Below are positions 9,240 to 19,600 of a DNA stretch of 64,000 bases, one piece after another. The notes beneath the pieces were generated by a model, which worked only from the letters and a program-made list of their open reading frames with translations, ran no database searches and was not told the DNA's origin. The first letter of the stretch is position 1, and each line of letters starts with the position of its first letter. Made by a program: the position numbers and the translations under genes. The stretch is taken from contig CBDCOX010000002.1 in assembly GCA_965219995.1 (NCBI GenBank), positions 3,168,001 to 3,232,000 of the forward strand, written 5' to 3'. The DNA comes from Candidatus Latescibacterota bacterium. GTDB taxonomy: Bacteria; Latescibacterota; UBA2968; GCA-2709665.

Positions 9240-10194
9240 GCTCTACCTGGTCACGGGCGGCGCGGGATTTATCGGTTCCTCCCTGGTACGACGCCTGCTC
9301 CGGGACGGCCACAACGTCCGGGTTCTCGACGACCAGTCCCGGGGGCGCGCCGGCCGGCTGGCGGACGTCCGGGATCACGTGGAATTCATCGCGGCGGACG
9401 TTCGGGACGCGGACGCCGTCCGGGATGCCGCCCGGGGCGTGGACAGCCTGTGCCACCTGGCCTCGGTCAACGGCACCGAATGGTTCTACAGCAAACCGGA
9501 AACCGTCCTCGAAGTGGGTGTGAAAGGCATTGTGAATACCATCGACGCATGCCTGGAACACGACGTTCCGGAATTCGTCCTGGCTTCCAGTTCCGAGGTG
9601 TATCAGACGCCCCCTTCCGTTCCCACGGACGAGACCGCGCCCCTGTGCGTCCCGGACCCGCTGAACCCCCGCTATTCCTACGGCGGCGGCAAGATCATCA
9701 GCGAACTCATGGCCCTGAACTACGGCCGGCGCCACCTGGAGCGCGTGCTGGTCTTCCGCCCGCACAACGTGTACGGACCCGATATGGGCCGCGAGCACGT
9801 GATCCCTCAGTTCATTCTCCGGGCCGGCGCGCTCACCGCAGAACGCCCGGACGGCGCGATCCGGTTTCCCATACAGGGCGACGGTTCGCAGACCCGCGCC
9901 TTCGTGCACATCGACGATTTCACCGACGGGCTGGCCATTGTCCTGGAAGTGGGCGCGCACCTCAACGTCTACCACGTCGGCGGCGACAGCGAAGTCACCA
10001 TCCGGCGGCTGGCGGAGCTGATTTTCAGCCACCTCGGCCGGGAATGCGAAATCGTCTCCGGCGCGCTGCCGGAAGGCAGCCCACAGAGAAGGCGCCCCGA
10101 TATCCGCAAACTCCGGGCCCTCGGGTACCGGCCCCGCGTGACACTCCGCGACGGGCTGGCCGGCACCATCGACTGGTACCTGACGCGCCGGTAA
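9232..10194 (+). CDS. Extended SDR NAD-dependent epimerase/dehydratase (UDP-uronate decarboxylase-like)
   Basis: TGGAGFIG, ASSSEVY, PRYSYGGGK (YxxxK), RPHNVYGP, GDGSQTRAF. Confidence 0.88.
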   Translation: MSKLYLVTGGAGFIGSSLVRRLLRDGHNVRVLDDQSRGRAGRLADVRDHVEFIAADVRDADAVRDAARGVDSLCHLASVNGTEWFYSKPETVLEVGVKGIVNTIDACLEHDVPEFVLASSSEVYQTPPSVPTDETAPLCVPDPLNPRYSYGGGKIISELMALNYGRRHLERVLVFRPHNVYGPDMGREHVIPQFILRAGALTAERPDGAIRFPIQGDGSQTRAFVHIDDFTDGLAIVLEVGAHLNVYHVGGDSEVTIRRLAELIFSHLGRECEIVSGALPEGSPQRRRPDIRKLRALGYRPRVTLRDGLAGTIDWYLTRR

Positions 10195-10232
10195 GGCAGT
10201 CCGTCCGGCGCCAGCGACGAGAAGGAGCAGGC

Positions 10233-11483
10233 GTGCCGCCCGCAACCTCGCGAAGCATCACGCAATGCCAGATCAGCAACTCCCCGAACCTTGAGTCCGT
10301 ACTCTTTCTGGGCTTCGTCCCGCCGGTAAACGACATGCAGCCGGTTGGCGGACGGCCCGAAGCGCGTTCGATGTACCCCCTGGAACTGCTCTATTGCCCG
10401 GACTCGCACCTTGTGCAGATCGGCTGCGAGGTGGACCCGGAAATCCTGTTCCCGCCGGAATATCCCTATACCAGCGGCACCACGCGCATTCTCCGTGACA
10501 ATTTCGCGGACATGTTCGAACAATGCAGGGACCTTCCGGGCTTCGACGCCACGTCGTTCGTGATCGACATCGGCTCCAACGACGGGACGCTGCTGGCGAA
10601 CTTCAAGGAGGGGGGCTGCCGCGTTCTGGGCATCGACCCCACGGACAGGGCCCGGCTTGCGAACGAGAAAGGCATCCGCAGCCTCCGGACTTTCTTCTCG
10701 AGGGAAACCGCGCGGGCCGTGGCCGGGGAGCATGGCGCCGCCGATCTCGTGACCGCCACCAATGTGTTCGCGCACATGCCCCGGATTGACGCGGTCGTCG
10801 CCGGGATTCTGGACGTCCTGGACGAACGGGGCGTTTTTGTCTCCGAGTCCCACTACCTGCTGGACCTGATCGGCGCCCTGCAATACGATACCGTCTATCA
10901 CGAGCACCTCAGGTACTACTCGCTGCACAGCCTGAAGTTCCTTCTGGAGAAACACGGGCTGGAGATTTTTCACGTCAAGCGCATCCCCACGCACGGGGGC
11001 TCCATCCGCGTCTTCGCCGCGCGGAAGGGACAGACCCGCGTGGACCCGTCGGTCTCGAGTCTGCTGGAAACCGAACGACGGGCCGGCCTGCTCGACCCTG
11101 AGACCTACCGCCGCTTCGCCGCGGACGTGATGCAGAGCAAACTCGACCTCCTCAACCTGCTCCGGGACGTCAAGTCCCGTGGCGGCCGCATCTACGGCAT
11201 CGGCGCTCCCTCCCGGGCCAGCACCCTCATCGCGTATACCGGGCTCGACCACGACATCATCGACTGCGTCCTGGAAATCCGGGGCTCGCACAAGATCGGA
11301 AAATACATGCCGGGCACCCGGATCCCCGTCCTGGAAGAGTCCGCACTGTTCAGCGACCAGCCCGAATACGCGCTGCTCTTCTCGTGGCATATCGCCGGGG
11401 AGCTCATGCCCAAACTCACCCGAAAGGGGTACCGGGGCGAATACATCGTCCCGCTGCCGTCCCCCGAAATTGTGGCGGGATGA
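10233..11483 (+). CDS. NDP-sugar C-methyltransferase (class I SAM; TylC3/NovU-like)
   Basis: N-terminal zinc-ribbon-like region, YPYTSG, IDIGSNDGTLL, ATNVFAH, YDTVYHEHLRYYS, THGGSIR, GIGAPSRASTL, KIGKYMPGTRIPV. GTG start with RBS gaaggag. Confidence 0.88.
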   Translation: MPPATSRSITQCQISNSPNLESVLFLGFVPPVNDMQPVGGRPEARSMYPLELLYCPDSHLVQIGCEVDPEILFPPEYPYTSGTTRILRDNFADMFEQCRDLPGFDATSFVIDIGSNDGTLLANFKEGGCRVLGIDPTDRARLANEKGIRSLRTFFSRETARAVAGEHGAADLVTATNVFAHMPRIDAVVAGILDVLDERGVFVSESHYLLDLIGALQYDTVYHEHLRYYSLHSLKFLLEKHGLEIFHVKRIPTHGGSIRVFAARKGQTRVDPSVSSLLETERRAGLLDPETYRRFAADVMQSKLDLLNLLRDVKSRGGRIYGIGAPSRASTLIAYTGLDHDIIDCVLEIRGSHKIGKYMPGTRIPVLEESALFSDQPEYALLFSWHIAGELMPKLTRKGYRGEYIVPLPSPEIVAG

Positions 11484-11524
11484 GTCGCGTTGACATTGTT
11501 GCACTCAAAGCGTGAACCCTTACC

Positions 11525-12274
11525 ATGCCCGACCTCGACGTCGTCATCCCCGTGTATAACGAGGGCGCCAACATCCTGAACGTGCTCAACGCGTTGTGCG
11601 ATGCGACCAAAACGTCCTTCAGAGTGCTGATCTGCTACGACGATGACGCCGACGACACCCTCGAAGCCCTGGAGGATTTCGATCCTCCCCGGTGCGAGAT
11701 CGTAACGGTCCGGAACCGCGGCCGGGGGGCGCACGCGGCCGTCGTGACGGGTTTCCGCGAAGGCGACGCGCCGGCGGCGATCATGTGGCCGGCCGACGAT
11801 ACCTTCAACGCCGGCATCATCGACGCGATGTACCGGGAATTCCGGAACGGCTGCCACGTCGTCGCCGCCAGCCGGTTCATCGAGGGCGGCTGCATGGTGG
11901 GCGCGCCATGGCTGAAATCTCTTCTTGTCAGAAGCTCCGCCTTCTCGCTTTATTACCTCGCACGGCTCCCGGCCCGCGACGCGAGCAACGGACTGCGCCT
12001 GTTCTCACGGCGCCTGCTGGGCCGCGTAAGGATCGAGTCGTCGGTCGGTTTCGCGTACGGGATCGAACTCCTGGTGAAATGCCACCGGCTGGGCTGGAAA
12101 GTCGCCGAAATTCCAGCGGTGTGGTACGAAAGGACGACCGGCCGGAGCCGCTTCAGGGTCATCCGCTGGCTTCCGGAATACCTGCGCTGGTATTTCTACG
12201 CTTTTGCGACCACGTTCCTGCGCCGGGGCCCCGAGACCGTACCCGGCAACGAGACATGCGAATCCCCGACCTGA
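11525..12274 (+). CDS. Glycosyltransferase family 2, polyprenol-phosphate glycosyltransferase (DPM1-like)
   Basis: VIPVYNE, ADD, ASRFIEGG, DASNGLR, EIPAVWYERTTGRS. Confidence 0.88.
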   Translation: MPDLDVVIPVYNEGANILNVLNALCDATKTSFRVLICYDDDADDTLEALEDFDPPRCEIVTVRNRGRGAHAAVVTGFREGDAPAAIMWPADDTFNAGIIDAMYREFRNGCHVVAASRFIEGGCMVGAPWLKSLLVRSSAFSLYYLARLPARDASNGLRLFSRRLLGRVRIESSVGFAYGIELLVKCHRLGWKVAEIPAVWYERTTGRSRFRVIRWLPEYLRWYFYAFATTFLRRGPETVPGNETCESPT

Positions 12275-12301
12275 ACCCTGGCAACCCGTTGGAGGCGAAA
12301 C

Positions 12302-14746
12302 GTGAGCAAACGCAAAAAAAGAGCCGCACGACGTCCCGCAACGCCGCGGCCGCAGGCGTCCAGAAGCCTCGCCGACCGCCTCGGTCCCTGCGTCGCGTCG
12401 CCCTGGGCGCCGGTCGTGTTCTTTCTGCTTCTGGGCACGGTCTACTTCGCCGGTTTCGTCTTCACCGACCACGTCATTCTCGGCCAGGACACAGGGAGGG
12501 AATTTCACAAGGGACGGGAGCCCTTTCTGGAAAAGCTGGCCAACCTGGCCCCGGTCAACTGGACGCGGTACCTGGGCGGCACCCCGGTAACCGGACAGCG
12601 GACGTCGACTTATTTCCCGCTGGAGATCATCGCCCTGTTCACCACCCGGCACCGCCTTCTGGGGTGGCGATATTTCTTCGCCATGTTCATGGCCGGCTAT
12701 TTCATGTACCTCTGCATCCGCGGCCTGGGCCTGAAGCCGCTCACCGCATGGCTGACCGGCATCGCATACGCCTCCGCGCCCACCCTGCTCACGTTCATCT
12801 ACGCCGGCCACGAAGCCAAAATGCTGGTCATCGGCCTGTTTCCACTGATGGTCTGGGGGCTGTACCGCGGCATGGAGACCGGCCGCGTTATCTACTATCT
12901 GGTTCTGGGCGTCGCAATCGGCGCGGGCATCTACACGCCGCATCTCCAGATGCTGTACTACGCCCTCTGCGGGCTGGGCATCCTCTTCGCCGCCAGGCTC
13001 GCCCACCTCTACTACGGCGACAGAGACATATTGGCCGCCTTCCGCCGCAGCCTGCTCAGCGCGGGCGCGATATGCCTGGGCCTGGGCATCGGCGCCATGG
13101 GCGTGTTCCCTCAATACTGGTACACGAGGACGGAATCCAGGCGGGCGCTGGGCGACGGCGAAGGCAAAGGCCTCGAATACGCGCAGACGTGGTCGCTGCA
13201 CCCCGAGGAAATCGCCTCTCTGGCGGTCCCGGAGTTCGCGCATTTCGACGACCCGGACCGGAGACAGCGAAACTACTGGGGCCGCAATCCCTTCAAACTC
13301 AACTCCGAATACTTCGGCATCGCCGTGCTCTTCTTTGCCGCCATCGCCCTTGGCGGCATCCGCAGAGACCCCCGAATCGGGATCTTCCTTCTGCTCTTTC
13401 TCTTCGCCCTCGCATTCGCGCTCGGACCCCATACGTTTCTGCATGGATACGCGTACCGCTACATTCCTGGCATGAAAGTGCTCCGGGCCCCGGGCATGAT
13501 CGCCTTTCTGTTCGCCTTCCCCGCCTGCGTTCTGGCCGCCATCGGATTGCAGCGGGTGCTCTATCCGACCGGGGTCTCGCCCCGAATCCGGCGGAATCTC
13601 GCCATCGGCGCGGGGGTCGCCGTGGTCCTGCTGCTGGGTGTCGCCGCGGCGCCGCAGGGCGCGGTCAATGCCTGGACCGACGTCTTCTGGTCCGATATTC
13701 CGGGTTCAAACGTCCGCGTTGCCCAGGCGAACGCGTCCAACCTCAGCCGGGGGGCGACATTTGCCGCCCTGCTCGTGGCGGTGATGGCCTTTCTTTCATG
13801 GAAGCGCCTTGGCGGCGGCATGTCCGCCGCCGTCTGCGCATGCCTTCTGGTTCCCCTCATGCTGTTCGACACCTGGCGGATCGACCGGCAGTTCCTCCGG
13901 TATTTCGATCCGGACCTGCAGCAGCCGCCGGAACGCGTATACGGCGGTGTTCTGCGGCACTTCGAGCAGGACCCGGACCTGTACCGCGTGCTGTTCGTGT
14001 CGCAGCTCTCCGTACCTCCGCCGCATCTGGACGGGGGCAGGCGGACGATCATCGACCGTGTGCGCGTGGACTATCACGAACCCTTTGCCATGCTGCGCTA
14101 CGACCGGATCACAGAACCGCAGAACCTCCGGCACTTTCCGATCCTGAGTCTGCTGAACACACGATACGTCGTGACCCGGGAACCGTTTCAGGGCGGTCCG
14201 GCGTCCGTGGTGACCGACGGCCTGCACATCTACAAAAACGAGTTCGCGCTGCCATGGTTCTACCTGGCGTCCCGGTACCGGATCGAAACCGACGAGGACG
14301 AGATATTGAAGCTTCTGTCGGACCCGGCATTCAAGCCCGATGAGACTGTGATCCTCGAGGCCGAGCCGGACGGATTTTCGACCGGTCACGCGGACACGCG
14401 CTCGCAGGACCGCATCGAAACGGCCGCGTACGACGATCGCGCGGGAACTATGGAGCTCAACGTCAACGCCGGCGGCCCTCGCCTGCTCGTGGTCTCCGAG
14501 AACCATCACCCCTTCTGGCGCGCGTACGTGGACGGCGAAGAGCGGCCGCTGTTCAGAGCCAATTACGTCTGGAAGGCGGTTGTCGTGCCCGCGGGCGAAC
14601 ACCGGGTCGAACTCCGCTTTCACGACCCCATCGCCGCGGCCTGCCGCTGGATCACCCTCCTCTCCACCCTCTTCGCCATCGCCTTCGCCGCCGCATGGGT
14701 TTGGCGGCAGCGCGCCGGGAAGCCGGCCCCCGCCACCGCGGAGTAA
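12302..14746 (+). CDS. YfhO-family multi-pass membrane protein (GT-C-like)
   Basis: More than 12 predicted TM segments, W..YLGGTP, EYFG, periplasmic domain, and the typical C-terminal LLVVSENHHPFWRAYVDG...RANYVWKAVVVPAGEHRVELRF plus final TM. Confidence 0.82.
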   Translation: MSKRKKRAARRPATPRPQASRSLADRLGPCVASPWAPVVFFLLLGTVYFAGFVFTDHVILGQDTGREFHKGREPFLEKLANLAPVNWTRYLGGTPVTGQRTSTYFPLEIIALFTTRHRLLGWRYFFAMFMAGYFMYLCIRGLGLKPLTAWLTGIAYASAPTLLTFIYAGHEAKMLVIGLFPLMVWGLYRGMETGRVIYYLVLGVAIGAGIYTPHLQMLYYALCGLGILFAARLAHLYYGDRDILAAFRRSLLSAGAICLGLGIGAMGVFPQYWYTRTESRRALGDGEGKGLEYAQTWSLHPEEIASLAVPEFAHFDDPDRRQRNYWGRNPFKLNSEYFGIAVLFFAAIALGGIRRDPRIGIFLLLFLFALAFALGPHTFLHGYAYRYIPGMKVLRAPGMIAFLFAFPACVLAAIGLQRVLYPTGVSPRIRRNLAIGAGVAVVLLLGVAAAPQGAVNAWTDVFWSDIPGSNVRVAQANASNLSRGATFAALLVAVMAFLSWKRLGGGMSAAVCACLLVPLMLFDTWRIDRQFLRYFDPDLQQPPERVYGGVLRHFEQDPDLYRVLFVSQLSVPPPHLDGGRRTIIDRVRVDYHEPFAMLRYDRITEPQNLRHFPILSLLNTRYVVTREPFQGGPASVVTDGLHIYKNEFALPWFYLASRYRIETDEDEILKLLSDPAFKPDETVILEAEPDGFSTGHADTRSQDRIETAAYDDRAGTMELNVNAGGPRLLVVSENHHPFWRAYVDGEERPLFRANYVWKAVVVPAGEHRVELRFHDPIAAACRWITLLSTLFAIAFAAAWVWRQRAGKPAPATAE

Positions 14747-14749
14747 TCC

Positions 14750-16195
14750 ATGGGCGGAAAGTCACCGGTCAGAAGGATCGCGGGCAACACCGCGGTCCAG
14801 GTCTTCGGACGGTCCATCGAGTTCGCGATCTTCCTGTTCCTCGCCCATTACCTGGACCTGAAGGCGTTCGGCGCGTATTCGTTCATCCTGACCAACCTCA
14901 TGTTGTGGAGCGTCCTCACGGACGCGGGCGCGTATAACGTCCTGGTCAGAGAAAGCGCGGCGGGCGGTGATCCCGATCGACTCCTGGGCAACGCCCTTTC
15001 CATCGGACTGATCGGATGCGTTGCCGCCATTCTGACGTCCAACGCCTATCTCTACCTTTCCGGCCAGGGCCCGGAAACCCTCATCCCCGCGCTCATCGCC
15101 TCGCTTACCCTGTTCGTATCGCCGCGGCTGAACGCATTTCGCAGGATGCTGCAGGTCCGGTTTCAGGCCGAACTCCAAATGGGATACGTCGTTGCGTGGA
15201 ATACCGTCTCCCACCTGCTCATGGCCGGCCTGCTGGTGGCTGTTGTCCTCAATCAGGGCTTTCTGACCGCCATCTTCTGCGCGCTCATCGCCGCCGAGCT
15301 TCTTTCATTCGCGGGCCTCTGTCTCACTCACCGGCGTCTTTTCAGTCTTCCCCGTTTCCGGTTCGACGCGCGGATCATAAGACCTCTGCTGCGGCAGAGC
15401 ATGCCGCTCATGCTGGCCGCGGTCTGTGTCGCCCTGCACGACAAAATCGGCGTCATGCTGCTCGAGTCCATCGTGAACAAGGAGGCCGTGGGCCTCTACA
15501 ACATGGCGGCGCGGATCCCGGACAGCCTGCCCTTTCTCGCTTCGATATTCATCGCCAACGTCTTCCCCGTGATGGTGAGACACAGGGAGACCGATCCGGT
15601 TGCCTTCGAGAGAATCTACCGCCGCAGCGCGCGGTACCTGATGCTCTTTATCGTCCCCGTCGCCGCCTTCTGCACCATGGCCTCGGGCGACGTCCTGAAC
15701 CTGCTGTTTCCAAACCGCATTCCGGAAGCCATGTTCGGCCACGCCAGCGGGACGCTCGTCCTGCTCATCTGGGCCATGGTCTTCAAATACATGGGCATTG
15801 CGGTCAGTTTTTTGTTCGTTGCCATCGGCGAGGAGAAACGCCGGCTCTACTGCCTGGGAGCCGCGGCGGTGCTCGGGATTCTTCTGAACATTGCGCTCAT
15901 CCCCGGCCACCACATCCTCGGATCGGCTGCGGCCGTACTGATCGGCTCCATCGCTTTCCCGGTCGCGGGGCTCTTCTTCGCACCGCTGCGAAGATACGCG
16001 GTCATGGCCGGCGCCGGCGCCGTCAAACCGCTTCTCGCGACCGTTCTGACGGCGGCCTGCGTCGCACTCGTCACCGATCACCTCGTTTTCGGCGCGATTG
16101 CGGGGGTAATCGTCTACGGCGCGCTGATCCTGCTCCTCAAAGGCGTCACGCGGGAAGACATCGCCCTGGTCAAGGAACTGAAGAAAGCGGGGTAG
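14750..16195 (+). CDS. Wzx/MOP-family oligosaccharide flippase
   Basis: RIAGNT, FGAYSF, D.G....LVRE, VGLYNMAARI, LNIALIP; about 14 TM segments. Confidence 0.88.
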   Translation: MGGKSPVRRIAGNTAVQVFGRSIEFAIFLFLAHYLDLKAFGAYSFILTNLMLWSVLTDAGAYNVLVRESAAGGDPDRLLGNALSIGLIGCVAAILTSNAYLYLSGQGPETLIPALIASLTLFVSPRLNAFRRMLQVRFQAELQMGYVVAWNTVSHLLMAGLLVAVVLNQGFLTAIFCALIAAELLSFAGLCLTHRRLFSLPRFRFDARIIRPLLRQSMPLMLAAVCVALHDKIGVMLLESIVNKEAVGLYNMAARIPDSLPFLASIFIANVFPVMVRHRETDPVAFERIYRRSARYLMLFIVPVAAFCTMASGDVLNLLFPNRIPEAMFGHASGTLVLLIWAMVFKYMGIAVSFLFVAIGEEKRRLYCLGAAAVLGILLNIALIPGHHILGSAAAVLIGSIAFPVAGLFFAPLRRYAVMAGAGAVKPLLATVLTAACVALVTDHLVFGAIAGVIVYGALILLLKGVTREDIALVKELKKAG

Positions 16196-16572
16196 ACGGG
16201 AGACGTTAGACGGGAGATGATATCAGTGCCCAATGGAATTTCTTGTCGTTACGATAACGGTAAATTAACAGGCACGGTTTGTGTGGAAACACTGCTGTAA
16301 GTGTCTTCATCTACCGTCTACCCTCTTACGTCTCACCGCTTCTATTGCCCCGTGTGGTTTCACATCTTGCCCATGGCATTGAGTAAGAACCAATGGGGCA
16401 AGGACGTCATCTAACGTCTACCCTCTTACGTCTCACCGGTGTTAACCTCTCCCCCCGGCCCCCTCTCCCGGGGGGAGAGGGGGAGACAACCAGGAGACTT
16501 TGAAAGGATCACAGTTTCCCCCTTCCTTCAGGAAGGGGGAAAGGGGGTAGGTTGTCGGTGGGGAGGTGAGAC
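16184..16572. mobile_element. Family A cluster: core Y unit, core X unit and G/C-rich hairpin module W
   Basis: The left arm aaagcggggtagacgg overlaps the flippase stop. Core Y ~16225-16305, core X ~16346-16404, then cctctccc...gggagagg and cccttcc...ggaaggg hairpins. Confidence 0.82.
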
Positions 16573-16651
16573 TGTCGCATTTTGCAACACCCCCGCGCCT
16601 TGTCGATGTGCCCATCCCGTGTGTCCTTCTCACGAAAGCGGCGCAGTTCCG

Positions 16652-19600
16652 ATGCGAAACTCCATCCATCGTGTTCCCGCGGTTGAGGGTTTGAGTGTGT
16701 CTGTATTCCTCGCTGTCGCACTTTTCATTTCGTCAGCGTCCATCGGCCACGCCTCGGTCCGTGACGGCGACGGCGCGCCGGTCTGCGAGCCGATTGATTT
16801 TTCGAGGGCGCCGCTCGAGGGCGCGGACGTCGCCGGGAAGCGGGCGTTCAACCTGAATACGGGCGATCCCCGCGCGGTGCGGGTGGTTTATTTCGTGCCG
16901 GCAGACAGTCTGTTTCGCCCCGCCGTGGAGGATTCGATCCGGCGGGCGATCCGGCGGATCCGGACCTTTTATGCCGAACAGATGGAGGCGCATGGCTACG
17001 GCAACCGAACGTTCGACGTAGAGACCGGCGACGACGGAGCGCCGCGGATCCATCGCGTTACGGGACAGCACGCCGAGGACCGCTACGCCGGCGACCAAAG
17101 GCATTCCAGGGTGTTCAGCGAGATCCGGCAGAATTTCGATACCGGCGCGAACGTCTATGTCGCCGTTATCGACTATATTCGCAGTCCCACCGCGAGGGGC
17201 GGCAGACGGGGGAAAATCGGCGGCGAGGCGTCGGTCGGCGGGAATTTCAAATGGGAGACGGTTGCCCACGAACTGGGACACACATTCGGCCTGGAGCACG
17301 ATTTTCGCGACGGCGATTACATCATGTCGTATAGCAACAGACAGAATCGGATTTCGGCTTGCGCGGCCGAATTCCTCTCTGTGAACCCCTATTTCAATGC
17401 CGGAAGATCGATCGACCAGGCGCAGCCGCCATCCATCGAACTCCTGTCGCCCAGGCGTTATCCCGCCGGCTCGAAGAGCGTCCTGTTGCAGCTCAGAGTC
17501 GAAGATCCGCAGGGGCTGCATCAGGTGACGCTGTTCGCGACAACGAGTACGATACGCCCGGGCTTTCCGAGGGGGTATTATGAAGTAACGGCATGCCGTG
17601 GACTGCCGAACGGGACGCATGCGGTTGTCGAGTTTGAATACGACGGCGATATCCCGTCTTCTTCAGGTTCCGCGCTTCCTGACACGGTTGCGCATCCGCT
17701 CCATGTCAAGGCCGTTGACAAAGACGGAAACGTCGGCCGGTTGTCCCTTGACCTCGTCGAAATCTCCGCGCACCACGTCGCGGCGTTGGAAGGACATAGG
17801 GACCGGGTCGAATCCCTGGCCTTCTCGCCCGACGGGTCGATTCTGGCATCCGGATCGTCTGACGATGCCGCCAGGCTTTGGGACGTCGCCGGTCGGGAGC
17901 AACTCGCCACGCTCCGACAAGCGGGGCGTATAAAATCCGTTTCCATCTCGCCCGACGGAAAAACCCTTGCGTCATCTTCGGATGACCATACGGTCAAACT
18001 CTGGGACCTCATTGAGCGGGAGCTAATTTCCGTCCTCAGAGGACATAAGAGTCCGGTCAATGGCGTGGCGTTTTCGCCGGACGGAAATTTGCTTGCCTCC
18101 GCTTCGGACGACCATTCAGTCCGGCTCTGGGACGTCGCAGAACGGGAACACACCGCCACGCTCGAAGGACACGCGAGTCCGGTCAATGGCGTGGCGTTTT
18201 CGCCGGACGGAAATCTGCTTGCCTCCGCTTCAAACGACCATTCAGTCCGGCTCTGGGACGTCGCAGAACGAGAACAAACCGCGATGCTCGAAGGACACGC
18301 GAGTCCGGTGAACGGCGTGGCGTTTTCGCCGGACGGAAATCTGCTCGCCTCCGCTTCGGACGACCATTCAGTCCGGCTCTGGGACATCGCAAAGCGAGAA
18401 CACGCCGCCACACTCGAAGGACACGCGAGTCCGGTGAACGGCGTGGCGTTTTCGCCGGACGGAAATCTGCTTGCCTCCGCTTCGGACGATCGAACCGTGC
18501 GGCTCCGGGACGTCGCAAAACGGGAACAGCTCGCGATTCTTCCGCATACTGACGCATTCGCTTCGGTCGTCTTTTCACCGGACGGTACGATCCTCGCCGC
18601 GGGTTCCGTCACGGTGGAATTATGGGAAACGTCCGGGTGGAGGCTGCCCCGCGCCGCGTCGTTGACGACAGTCTCAGGCGACAACCAGAAAGGCGCGGCG
18701 GGGGACGCATTGGCGAATCCCCTGGTTGTCGAAGTTCGAGACCAATACGATCAACCGTTGGCGGGTGCGCAGGTCACGTTTACGGTGATTGGCGGCGACG
18801 GAAGCGTGGGCAGTGGATTCACAACCGTCACCGCCACCGCCGGCCCGGACGGCAGGGCGCAAATCGTACTCACGCTGGGTCCGAACCCCGGGAAGAATAC
18901 GGTCGAGGCATCCATCGTCGGGTTCGAGGTGCAGACGTTTAACGCCGTGGGCGTCGGCACGCCTCCGGTTCCGGGTGCGGACCGCAACTATCCCACGCAG
19001 CATTTGCCGAAAAACGCCATCGTCCGCCTGGGAAAGGGCGCCATTGGCCGGACCGACAGGGCGATCGGGTTTTCTCCAGACGGGAAACGCTTCGCCGTGT
19101 CGAGCGGGGTCGGCGTCTGGCTTTACTCCGTGGACGATCTGGAGAGGGTCGCTCTGCTTCCCTCCGGCATCGTCCAGTCACTGGCCTTTTCGTCCGACGG
19201 CGCCACGATTGCGGCAGGCGGCAGCTGGAGGGAACACGCGGAGGTCAGGCTGTGGGACGCGGCAACGGGGACAAATACGGCCACGGTTGATTTCGAAAGC
19301 TGGGGGACGATATATCTGTCGCTTTCTCCGGACGGCCAAACCTTTGCTTACCCCGCCGGCGAAGGCGTCATCCATCGGTTGGACGCGGCCACCGGGAGGT
19401 CCGCGCCCCCTCTGGAGGGAGACTGGTCGGTTGGCCCCTCGATGTCCTTTTCTCCGGACAGTACAACCATAGCCGTGGCACACGAGGACGGAACGATCAC
19501 GCTCTGGGACCTGGCGGTACCCGCCAACAGCCTCACCCTGGAGGGACATCGCCGGGAGGTCGTCTCCGTGGCATTTTCTCCGGACGGGAGGGCTCTCGCG

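Noticed and set aside
16439-16651. N-terminal extensions in the ORF track (also for the ORFs at 843, 1796, 5405, 6978, 9450, 21390, 32584, 43455, 52262, 59543)
   Set aside because: The extensions run through repeats or upstream genes; starts were moved to motif- or RBS-supported codons.
18041-18530. Diversity-generating retroelement TR/VR pair
   Set aside because: These are in-frame tandem coding repeats, the differences are not confined to adenines, and no reverse transcriptase is present.
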